A stretch of DNA of 64,000 bases from a bacterium (GTDB lineage: Bacteria; Bacillota; Clostridia; Lachnospirales; Lachnospiraceae), in the NCBI GenBank assembly GCA_023664305.1, contig JAMPFT010000012.1:350-64349 (forward strand), written 5' to 3'. Below are positions 54,036 to 62,600 of the stretch, in pieces. The translations under genes were made by a program, and so were the position numbers. The notes under the pieces are model-generated. The model saw only the letters and a list, made by a program, of their open reading frames with translations, made no database searches and was not told the origin of the DNA. The stretch's first letter is position 1. Each line of letters begins with the position of its first letter.

Positions 54036-55690
54036 AAAAAAGAAGCGGATTTACTGTCATGATGCGGCTGATCGGCCTGGTAAAGCCTCTTACGGGGTTT
54101 ATGGCGCTGGCGATTCTCATGGGACTGACCGGCCATTTGTGCGCTGCGTTTATCACGGTATTCGGCGGCTATGCCGTGCTCGAGCTTCTGCACTTTGAGA
54201 CGCCCTTTGGCCTTACCGCGCTGTTTTGCTCTGTGGGCCTGTTCGCCCTTGTGCGCGGCATCCTGCGCTATGCGGAGCAGGGCTGCAACCATTTTATCGC
54301 ATTCAAGCTGCTGGCGCTGATTCGGGACAAGGTGTTTGCGGCGCTCCGCAGGCTCTGTCCCGCCAAGCTGGAGGGAAGGGACAAGGGAGATCTGATCTCG
54401 GTCATTACGTCTGACATCGAGCTGCTGGAGGTGTTTTATGCCCACACCATTTCCCCCGTGGCGATTGCGCTGCTGTTTACGGTGATCCTGTGCCTGTTTA
54501 TCGGAAGCTTCCACTGGATTTTCGGTATCCTGGCTTTTGCCGCCTATGGGACGGTGGGAGTGATCATCCCGATCATTACCTCCCGGCTCAGCGGAGGCGA
54601 CGGGCTGAAATTCCGCACCAAATCGGGAGATTTGAGCGGCTTTGTGCTCGACAGCCTGCGGGGACTTTCCGAAACCGTGCAGTACGGGCAGGGTGAAAAG
54701 CGGCTTTGCGAGATGAACGCAAAGACGGACGGGTTGTTGCAGGAGGAGGCGCGTATGAAACGCACCGCAGGCCGCAATATGGCGGTCACCAACACAGTCA
54801 TTCTCCTCTTTGATCTGACCATGCTGTTTGTATCGGCGGTGATGTATCAGAACGGAACGGTGGATTTTTCGGGCGTGCTGATCCCGACCGTGGCGCTGAT
54901 GAGCTCCTTCGGACCCTGTGTGGCGCTGGCAAATCTCGGCAGTACGCTGCAGAACACCTTTGCCGCAGGCAACCGCGTGCTGGATATTCTCGACGAAACG
55001 CCTGTGGCGGATGAGATAAGCGGCAAAGCGGATGTCGCGTTCGACGGCGCTGCCGCGGAGCATGTGACATTCTCCTACGGCGCGGAGACGATCCTTGACG
55101 ATGTCTCCCTGCAGATTCCGGAGGGCTCCGTCGTCGGTATCGTCGGCCGCAGCGGAAGCGGGAAATCCACGCTGCTCAAGCTCTTCATGCGGTTCTGGGA
55201 GGTGCAGAAGGGCGCGGTTAAGGTCTCCGGCAGAAACGTATCCGACGTCAACACCGCCAATCTGAGGGATATGGAGAGCTTTGTCACGCAGGAGACGCAC
55301 CTGTTCCATGACAGCATCCGGAACAATCTGCGGATCGCCGGTCTTAATGCGACGGATCAGGAGATCGAGGCCGCCTGTAAAAAAGCGTCGGTACACGATT
55401 TTATCATGAGCCTGCCCGCCGGGTATGACACACCCGTAGGCGAACTGGGCGACACGCTGTCCGGCGGTGAGCGTCAGCGGATCGGCCTGGCAAGGGCATT
55501 TTTGCATAACGCTCCGTTTCTGCTTTTAGACGAGCCTACCAGCAATCTCGACAGCCTGAACGAAGCGGTCATTTTGAAATCTCTCCGCGAAGAACGGGAG
55601 GACAAAACGGTGGTGCTTGTTTCCCACCGCCGGTCCACCATGCGCATTGCAGATACCGTTTATTCCGTGGAGCACGGGAGGATGAGCTGA
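54032..55690 (+). CDS. CydC-like ABC transporter permease/ATPase
   Basis: LRYAEQGCNH, DIELLEVFYAHTISP, GRSGSGKST, LSGGERQR, LDEPTSNLD. Confidence 0.85.
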   Translation: MKKRSGFTVMMRLIGLVKPLTGFMALAILMGLTGHLCAAFITVFGGYAVLELLHFETPFGLTALFCSVGLFALVRGILRYAEQGCNHFIAFKLLALIRDKVFAALRRLCPAKLEGRDKGDLISVITSDIELLEVFYAHTISPVAIALLFTVILCLFIGSFHWIFGILAFAAYGTVGVIIPIITSRLSGGDGLKFRTKSGDLSGFVLDSLRGLSETVQYGQGEKRLCEMNAKTDGLLQEEARMKRTAGRNMAVTNTVILLFDLTMLFVSAVMYQNGTVDFSGVLIPTVALMSSFGPCVALANLGSTLQNTFAAGNRVLDILDETPVADEISGKADVAFDGAAAEHVTFSYGAETILDDVSLQIPEGSVVGIVGRSGSGKSTLLKLFMRFWEVQKGAVKVSGRNVSDVNTANLRDMESFVTQETHLFHDSIRNNLRIAGLNATDQEIEAACKKASVHDFIMSLPAGYDTPVGELGDTLSGGERQRIGLARAFLHNAPFLLLDEPTSNLDSLNEAVILKSLREEREDKTVVLVSHRRSTMRIADTVYSVEHGRMS

Positions 55691-55844
55691 TGAAGAAGGA
55701 TATCGAGACAAAGCGTGAGCGGGAAAAGATCCGCGCGGTCATGCGTTTTCCGGCCCGCGGATGATCTTTCGCTGTCCCGTTACGGCGATGCGCCATGTGA
55801 TTGAAACGAAGAAGGAAAAGAGGAAATTGGAGGCAGCTTCATGA
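55690..55844 (+). pseudogene. internally deleted and frameshifted 'nitrous oxide-stimulated promoter' (YgbA-like) family gene
   Basis: N-terminal MKKDIETKRE fused to C-terminal REKIRAVMRF(S)GPRMIF...HVIETKKEKRK; Cys-rich core missing; one T missing near 55746-55749. Confidence 0.65.
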
Positions 55845-55982
55845 GAATTTTATAAAAATTTTGTTGCATCAGCCGGGGCAGGATAATAAAATATAGTCAG
55901 GGAAGTATGCGCAGATAAGGGAAACGGCATACTATGACAACAGGCAGGACTTTAGCCGCATGAAAAAGAGGAGGTGTATCTT

Positions 55983-56177
55983 ATGGCAACTTCAAGCATC
56001 ACAAAGAATTTTGTCATTTCCGGCAGGGAACAGGTAGAGATGTTCGTCAATGCGCTTGAGGAATCCGCCAAAAACCGTCCTGAATATACCCCGGTAGCAG
56101 CAAAGTTTGCCCGGAGCGAGGCGGAACTGATAGAATTTTTAGAAAAAAAGGAGAAAGCGGATGCAGAAAGACGATAA
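55983..56177 (+). CDS. small putative antitoxin upstream of a GNAT gene
   Basis: GAGGAGGT RBS; MATSSITKNFVI; overlaps the GNAT start. Confidence 0.6.
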   Translation: MATSSITKNFVISGREQVEMFVNALEESAKNRPEYTPVAAKFARSEAELIEFLEKKEKADAERR

Positions 56178-56774
56178 ATTTTTTGTTACCAACATCTGCC
56201 GTTATCTAAACAGTGACAACCCGAAACTCGGAGAGGACAAACTTATTCATGAAATCTCCGGGTTTTCCTGTCCGAGGAACCCGGATGTTGAACTGTTTTT
56301 GAAGAAAAATGCCATAGACTTTACAAAAAGAGCCAGTCGGTTACATACCTTGTGTTCTCTTTAGACACCATGAATTTAGTAGGTTATTTTACAATAGCCC
56401 TGAAGCCTCTGACGGTCCGGGGAGAAACGGTAAGCAATACCACGAAAAGAAAGCTGCTGCGCGTCAGTGAGCATGACGAAAATTCGGATACCTATACAAT
56501 GTCCGCCTACCTGATCGCCCAGCTTGGCAAGAACTATACGGATGGCCGGGATCGGGAGATCACGGGAAAGGAACTGATCGGGCTGGCGTGGGCAGTGATC
56601 GGAGAAATACAGTACATGGGCGGGGGTATGGTGACATTTCTGGAGGCGGAAAACGAGGAGAAGCTGTTGTCCTTTTACCGGGAAAACCGTTTCTCGCAGT
56701 TTGATACCAGGCAGGCTGCCGCATCAGGCACAGACGGATCCCATGAGCTGGTGCAGCTTTTACGGCTGCTATAA
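56161..56774 (+). pseudogene. GNAT acetyltransferase (toxin-like) split by a -1 frameshift
   Basis: FSCPRNPDVELFLKKNAI then, with one A added at A5 56325-56329, KSQSVTYLVFS...VGYFTIA...YLIAQLGKN. Confidence 0.75.
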
Positions 56775-56806
56775 TGTGTTTATATTTGCGACAGGGGGAT
56801 AAGCAT

Positions 56807-57352
56807 ATGGTGTACTACGAGGACGGCAGGATATTGATTCGGGATATGCAGCAGAGCGACGCCCGGACGATTGCCGACGGGGAAGCGGCCCAGGGGTGGA
56901 ACGCGGATGTGTGGAAATATGAAATGCGGCTTCGGCATCAGGCGGAGGGCAAGTCTGTCTCTCTGACGGCGGAATACGACGGTAACGTCGCGGGCTATAT
57001 CAATGTGTACCCCAATGCGACGAGCGGCGCTTTCGGCGGGCAGGGATATCCGGAAATCGTGGATTTCGGCGTGTTGGAGAAGTACAGAAGGCAGGGCGTG
57101 GGCAGCAGGCTGATGGACGTCGCGGAAGAAATCGCGGCCAAATACGCCGACACGGTTTACCTCGGCGTCGGAATGCACAGCGGCTACGGAAGTGCCCAGC
57201 GGATGTATGTAAAACGGGGATACATCCCGGACGGCTCCGGAGTCTGGTATCGGGACAAGGTCTGCGGGTATTACGAGGACTGCCGTAACGACGACGATCT
57301 GGTTCTTTATCTGTCAAAGAAGCTTAAAGAAACGCAGGAAAGCGGCGTGTGA
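56807..57352 (+). CDS. GNAT family N-acetyltransferase
   Basis: DFGVLEKYRRQGVGSRLM, GYGSAQRMYVKRGY. Confidence 0.9.
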   Translation: MVYYEDGRILIRDMQQSDARTIADGEAAQGWNADVWKYEMRLRHQAEGKSVSLTAEYDGNVAGYINVYPNATSGAFGGQGYPEIVDFGVLEKYRRQGVGSRLMDVAEEIAAKYADTVYLGVGMHSGYGSAQRMYVKRGYIPDGSGVWYRDKVCGYYEDCRNDDDLVLYLSKKLKETQESGV

Positions 57353-57477
57353 CAGAAGCTAAGGGAATTATGGCGGGAGGTGTTCTGCGGCGCGGCGCGC
57401 CAAAGAGCCTCATGGGACGTCGATTGAAAGCTGCTCGGAGAGAAACGGGCAGCTTTTTTCAATTTTTTTCAATCATC

Positions 57478-57506
57478 TGCAACCGCAGCTTACTTTTTTT
57501 CGAGTA
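57478..57506 (+). promoter_or_regulatory. putative ECF-type autoregulatory promoter
   Basis: TGCAAC-17bp-CGAGTA upstream of the ECF sigma gene. Confidence 0.5.
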
Positions 57507-57548
57507 GACAGGTAAGAGAGTTCACCGGACAAAGGAGGAGAGAGGAAT

Positions 57549-58106
57549 ATGGAGGACAGCCGGATCGTAGAATTGTACTGGGCGCGCTCCGAGAACGCGA
57601 TACGGGAAACTTCCGCAAAGTACGGGAGATATTGCCGCGCGATTGCCTACAATATTTTAGCCAGCGAGGAAGACGCGGACGAGAGCGTGAACGATACTTA
57701 TCTTGACGCATGGAATACGATCCCGCCCCATCGGCCGGAGATCCTTTCCGCTTTTCTGGGAAAGATCACGCGGCGGATCGCGATCGACAGGTGGCGCGGG
57801 TACACTGCGAAAAAGCGCGGCGGAGGGCAGACGCCTCTGGCGCTGGACGAGCTGGAGGAATGCACGGCGTCGGGGCAGGATGTGGAGCGGGAGGTTTTGG
57901 CGCACGAGTTGGCAAGCGCGTTGAACGCCTTTTTAGCGGGGCTTTCCGCGGAGGAGAGGGACGTTTTTGTCTGCCGCTATTTTTTCCTTTTGCCGGTCGC
58001 GGAAATCTGCGGTAAATTCGGCTGCTCCGGCAGCAAAATAAAATCCATGCTGTTTCGAACCAGAAACAAGCTGGCGGTTTATCTAAAAAAGGAGGGGCTG
58101 ATTTGA
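57549..58106 (+). CDS. ECF RNA polymerase sigma-70 factor
   Basis: DADESVNDTYLDAW, FLGKITRRIAIDRW, KIKSMLFRTRNKL. Confidence 0.92.
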   Translation: MEDSRIVELYWARSENAIRETSAKYGRYCRAIAYNILASEEDADESVNDTYLDAWNTIPPHRPEILSAFLGKITRRIAIDRWRGYTAKKRGGGQTPLALDELEECTASGQDVEREVLAHELASALNAFLAGLSAEERDVFVCRYFFLLPVAEICGKFGCSGSKIKSMLFRTRNKLAVYLKKEGLI

Positions 58107-59548
58107 AAAGTGAGATGCTTCTTGACGCAATGGGAAAAATAGACGATACCTATATTGCCGCCGCGCTGAAGAGACTTTCGGAGGGCGGAAAGGAACACGG
58201 ACACATCTTCCTGCGAAAGGTGCTTCCGGCGGCCGCGGCGATTCTGATTCTGCTGGTTTCCTCCTTTGGTGTGGCGATGGCGGCCAACGAGGATTTCCGT
58301 GACAGTGTGCTTCGCTTTTTCCGGCTGTCCCAGGCGGACGTCGTGCTGCCGACGGAGGACGAGCCGGAGCAGTCCGAGCCTGTGGAGGAGATCGGCAGCA
58401 CGAATACCGGCGGAGCCGTGGAAGCGGAATACGTCAGAATCGACGGCCCGTTTGACTATAATGACGGAATTATCTACAGGTACGGGGACTGGGAAGGGTA
58501 CGGCGAAAGCGACGCGCAGCCGGCATATGCCCTTGCCGCGTACGAGGTGAAGGGCGGAGAGTTGCTTTTGCTGGAGCCGCAATACGCGCAGTTTCGCTAT
58601 GCCTGGGAAGAGGATCTGTACGAAATTGCTTTCGACTGGTATGAGAAGGACGGGATGGTTTACAGCAATGCGAAGGATTATGCTCCGGAGACCGCGCTGG
58701 CGTGGAGCATACTGACTGCAAAGGAGCCCTCGGAGTATGTGGCAGTGCTGCTGCAGCGGGGATGGCAGATCGACCACGAGGTAAGGCCGCTGCTTTACAA
58801 TCTGAGGACCGGAGAGCTGTCGGAGCCTCTGGACGGATGCGGCGTGCCGGAGGACAGGCAGATCAAAGATGTCAGCTTCTCGCCTGACTTGACGGGACTT
58901 TTGATCGTGGACGACACGGATGCGACCTGGTACTGTAATTCCGCGTCGCATACGCTGCGGAATGTGTGCGAGATGAGCGGGCTGGATGTGTGGAACGCGG
59001 GCTTTATTGACAAGGATACGGTTTACTGTGTGGCCTACGGTGAAAACGGGGGCTGGGTCTGCAGGACGGTATCACTTTCCGACGGAGACCCTTCCGGTGA
59101 TTTGGCGAAGCTACCCGAATGGAGCTGGCCGTCGTCCGATAACGTCTGGTTTACGGGCGGCCGCTATGTGTTGTCCGCGGGAAACGGAGGAGAGGTGACG
59201 GTCTGCGACCTGAAGACGGGGGAGCAGGCGGCGATAGAGGATTTCCGGTGCTCTTCCATGGAGGACTTTATATCGGCCAACAGAGCGGGAAATAAGATAC
59301 TGTATGCGCAGGCGGACTCTGACGCGGCAGGTCTTGCGGTATCCCGGATCGGCGTCCTGGATTTGGAAAAGAAGGCGTTTATCCTCTTTGACAGGGAGGA
59401 ATACGAGACCAGGTACGAAACGTCCCTCGGCTGGTTTGACGACGACAGAGTGGCCATCCGGGCTCAGGGGGAAGAATACGGTTATCTTTACCTTCTTACG
59501 GTGCGGGAACCGGAGGAAGGAGAGCTGAAAGAGGGGGCGCAGAATTAA
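58103..59548 (+). CDS. putative anti-sigma factor with large extracytoplasmic domain
   Basis: Overlaps sigma stop; LLDAMGKIDDTYI N-terminus, single TM, beta-rich acidic C-terminal domain. Confidence 0.7.
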   Translation: MKSEMLLDAMGKIDDTYIAAALKRLSEGGKEHGHIFLRKVLPAAAAILILLVSSFGVAMAANEDFRDSVLRFFRLSQADVVLPTEDEPEQSEPVEEIGSTNTGGAVEAEYVRIDGPFDYNDGIIYRYGDWEGYGESDAQPAYALAAYEVKGGELLLLEPQYAQFRYAWEEDLYEIAFDWYEKDGMVYSNAKDYAPETALAWSILTAKEPSEYVAVLLQRGWQIDHEVRPLLYNLRTGELSEPLDGCGVPEDRQIKDVSFSPDLTGLLIVDDTDATWYCNSASHTLRNVCEMSGLDVWNAGFIDKDTVYCVAYGENGGWVCRTVSLSDGDPSGDLAKLPEWSWPSSDNVWFTGGRYVLSAGNGGEVTVCDLKTGEQAAIEDFRCSSMEDFISANRAGNKILYAQADSDAAGLAVSRIGVLDLEKKAFILFDREEYETRYETSLGWFDDDRVAIRAQGEEYGYLYLLTVREPEEGELKEGAQN

Positions 59549-59557
59549 AAAAATGAG

Positions 59558-59586
59558 TTGACAATGCCGGGATAATGGGATAAAAT
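59558..59586 (+). promoter_or_regulatory. SigA promoter of the tRNA cluster
   Basis: TTGACA-17bp-TAAAAT. Confidence 0.8.
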
Positions 59587-59617
59587 ATACGTTGTCGGTT
59601 TGATGACGTGTATCCTT

Positions 59618-59691
<74 letters not shown>

Positions 59692-59741
59692 TTTGGACAT
59701 GTCTTTTGAGCGCTGACGGTTCAGGAGGATGTCCTATATAT

Positions 59742-59816
59742 GGTGGGTATAGCGCAGTTGGTTAGCGCGCCAGATTGTGGCTCTGGAGGCCAAGGGTTCG
59801 AATCCCTTTATCCACC
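59742..59816 (+). tRNA. tRNA-His(GTG)
   Basis: Encoded G-1; ccagattGTGgctctgg. Confidence 0.96.
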
Positions 59817-59862
59817 CTCATCGCCGCAGGGTCGATGCGGCGGTATGCCTAATGTCAGATAT

Positions 59863-59934
59863 AGGGCTATCGCCAAGCGGTAAGGCACAGCACTTTGACT
59901 GCTGCAGACGCTGGTTCGAATCCAGCTAGCCCTG
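59863..59934 (+). tRNA. tRNA-Gln(TTG)
   Basis: agggcta/tagccct acceptor; cagcactTTGactgctg. Confidence 0.95.
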
Positions 59935-59946
59935 TTATTTTATTGT

Positions 59947-60019
59947 GGGATATTAGCTCAGTAGGTAGAGCACTTGACTTTTAATCAAGGTGTCGGGGGT
60001 TCGAATCCCCCATGTCTCA
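59947..60019 (+). tRNA. tRNA-Lys(TTT)
   Basis: gggatat/atgtctc acceptor; cttgactTTTaatcaag. Confidence 0.95.
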
Positions 60020-60147
60020 TTTCCCTTGTCTGCTGCAAGGGATTTTTTGTTTCCGCGGGCAATAAGCCAGGGGCCGTGAAGAGGACATTGGCGAATGCCG
60101 CGAGGGTCAAATGCGCCGTTGTCCGCAGCGGGTTGTTGATCCTGCAG

Positions 60148-60229
60148 GCGAGATTGATGGAATTGGCAGACATGCAAGATTTAGGTTCTTGTGAGGTAGC
60201 TCGTATGGGTTCGAGTCCCATATCTCGCA
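60148..60229 (+). tRNA. tRNA-Leu(TAG)
   Basis: gcgagat/atctcgc acceptor; caagattTAGgttcttg; long variable arm. Confidence 0.95.
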
Positions 60230-60423
60230 CGGCAAAACGTCGGTTTCCGGCGTTTTTTAATAAATTATTGGGGCTGCACGCCACACGGTGTGCTTTTTTG
60301 TCTGCTTTTTGTACAATATGCGCAATTGACAAACCGTGAGAAGACAGATAAAATAAACACTAAATATTGACTTTGGAGGATCCGGGGGACTTTTGCCCCT
60401 GAACCCTGAAGAAGGTGAGGAAA

Positions 60424-61794
60424 ATGGGTGGCAGCCCGAAACACATGACGGACAGACTCGCAGTGTGTTTTATTGCAGTTTGCCTCTTTCTGACCCTGTT
60501 TATCCTGACCTGGGTAGGTGTGGGAGATACGACCATTGTCAGTATGCTGGGACTTCTGCTCTGTGCGGTGGGCTTCGCCCAGGGAAATGCGCGGGTGGAT
60601 TTATGGGTCCTGGTTCCGCTGATTCTCTTTAATTTACTCAGCATGGCTTCCTCTTACGCGTCTTACGGGAACGTCACGGAAGGCTATGCGTCCACACAAA
60701 TGATTTACCCGGTCATTTATCTGATCCTGTCATACGCCGACGAAAAGCAGATGTACGCATTGCGCCGTCTGTGTACCCTCTGGGCAGCCGCGGCGGCGGC
60801 AGCAGGTCTGGGTCAATTTACTTACGAAGCAATCATAAGGGGCGGGGCGGGCCGTCTCGACGGTTTTCTGGGCAATCCGAATGCCATGGGAATTTTCCTG
60901 GTGTTGGGATATTTTGTGCTGTCCGGCTGTATGGAGGAGCAGGAGAAGGACCGTCTGGGAGCCTTCCTCTTCTGCATGGAGCCTGTTTTGCTGGCGGCGC
61001 TGGCGCTGACCCTGTCTATGGGCAGCTTTCTGGCGCTGGCGGTGGGGATGGTTCTGCTTTTTGCGGAAAAAATGCGCCGGGCCGGTTTTTCGGAGATGAT
61101 TTCCTATGCCAGGTGCGTTCTGGCGAAAGCCGTCCTCGGCGTGGGGACGGGTCTGCTTTTGTACCTTGGAGGGACACGGACCCGGGGAGCCTGGGTATGT
61201 CTGATCTTATTGCTGTATCTGGCGGCGCTGGCGGTCTGTTGGAGGCGGCTGGACGCCTTTTTAAAGGAATACGGCGGGATGGCCGCGGGAATTGCCCTGT
61301 CCGGGGTGCTGGTGGCCGCCGCGGTAATTGTGATCCGGCCGAGCTCCTACGCCACCTTTGCGGAGCGCCTGGAGATGATGGGCAGCGGGCTGCATTATAT
61401 TACGGTGAAGCCCCTTCTGGGGGTTGGCCCGTACCGGTGGCGCATGCTGGATATGAACGACGGGGGCACTTATTTTAATACCTGGCATATCCACAATGTG
61501 CTGATTCATGTGGGCGTCGAGCTGGGACTGCCTGCCATGGTGTTGCTGGCTGCTGTGGCCGTGAGGTTTGTGTGCAAAAAGAAAAGCGCGGCGCAGAAAG
61601 CCGGGTTCGCCGCGTTTTTTGCCCATAATATGATGGATACCGGCTTTTTTTATCTGGGGATTACCTGTCTGGCTCTGCTGGCGGGAGGAGAACCCCGCGA
61701 AAGAGGTAAGACGGTGCAGGGGGGCGTTATGCGGGCGCTGTTCGGGGGCTTTGCCGTCTTCTTTGCGTATAATTTATACGATACGGTCCGGTAG
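60424..61794 (+). CDS. O-antigen ligase (Wzy_C)-like polytopic membrane protein
   Basis: GRLDGFLGNPNAMG, LTLSMGS, RLEMMG, PLLGVG, HIHNVLIHVGVELG. Confidence 0.8.
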   Translation: MGGSPKHMTDRLAVCFIAVCLFLTLFILTWVGVGDTTIVSMLGLLLCAVGFAQGNARVDLWVLVPLILFNLLSMASSYASYGNVTEGYASTQMIYPVIYLILSYADEKQMYALRRLCTLWAAAAAAAGLGQFTYEAIIRGGAGRLDGFLGNPNAMGIFLVLGYFVLSGCMEEQEKDRLGAFLFCMEPVLLAALALTLSMGSFLALAVGMVLLFAEKMRRAGFSEMISYARCVLAKAVLGVGTGLLLYLGGTRTRGAWVCLILLLYLAALAVCWRRLDAFLKEYGGMAAGIALSGVLVAAAVIVIRPSSYATFAERLEMMGSGLHYITVKPLLGVGPYRWRMLDMNDGGTYFNTWHIHNVLIHVGVELGLPAMVLLAAVAVRFVCKKKSAAQKAGFAAFFAHNMMDTGFFYLGITCLALLAGGEPRERGKTVQGGVMRALFGGFAVFFAYNLYDTVR

Positions 61795-61883
61795 AAATGA
61801 TATGTGGAATCTTAAGGCGCGTCCGGTGTTGCGGCAGGGCGAGGCGCATCTGTAATATACAGTGGAACGGAGACAGGAGAAAG

Positions 61884-62582
61884 ATGATGCGGACACGTTT
61901 TATTTCTCCGGGCAGGGGGAAAAAAGAGAAATATTTCAGCATATGGCTTCTTTTGGGCGGCTTCCCGGCGCTGGCAGCGCTGGTGCTGGCACTTTGTCTG
62001 ATCTTCGACGGGGGGATGCCGGATAATGTGGGCAGGACGCTGACCGGGGAGGAAAAGGAAGAGGTGATCGGCAGGAACAGTCCCCTCACGGATTACGTTT
62101 TCCTCTCGCCCAACGCGAGCTTTCCCAGGGAGGGAAGGATAGAAAAGATCACGATCCATCATATGGCGGGGAACCTGAATCTGGAGGCGCTGGGGGAGCG
62201 TTTTTCCAACCGGGACAGACAGGTTTCCGCCAACTACGCCATTGACAGCAGCGGGCGGGTGGCGCTGTATGTGGAGGAGGCCAACCGGGCCTGGACCTCC
62301 AGCAGCAGGGATAACGACAATATGGCGGTGACCGTCGAGGTGGCGAACGATGAGATCGGCGGAGACTGGCATGTGAGCGACGAGGCATACGAGGCCTTGA
62401 TTCAGCTCTGCGCCGATATCTGCAGGCGCAACGGCATAGAGGCTTTGGAATACACGGGGGACGAACAGGGAAACCTGACCACCCACAAAATGTTTACCGG
62501 GACGGAATGCCCGGGGCCGTATCTGGAAGGGCGGCTGGAGGAAATCGCCGGGGCGGTGAACAGGCTCTTGAACGGAGATTGA
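61884..62582 (+). CDS. membrane-anchored N-acetylmuramoyl-L-alanine amidase (Amidase_2)
   Basis: N-terminal TM; ITIHHMAG, SANYAID, RAWTS, VEVAN, THK, TECPG. Confidence 0.88.
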   Translation: MMRTRFISPGRGKKEKYFSIWLLLGGFPALAALVLALCLIFDGGMPDNVGRTLTGEEKEEVIGRNSPLTDYVFLSPNASFPREGRIEKITIHHMAGNLNLEALGERFSNRDRQVSANYAIDSSGRVALYVEEANRAWTSSSRDNDNMAVTVEVANDEIGGDWHVSDEAYEALIQLCADICRRNGIEALEYTGDEQGNLTTHKMFTGTECPGPYLEGRLEEIAGAVNRLLNGD

Positions 62583-62600
62583 GGAAGGAGGAGTAACGGG

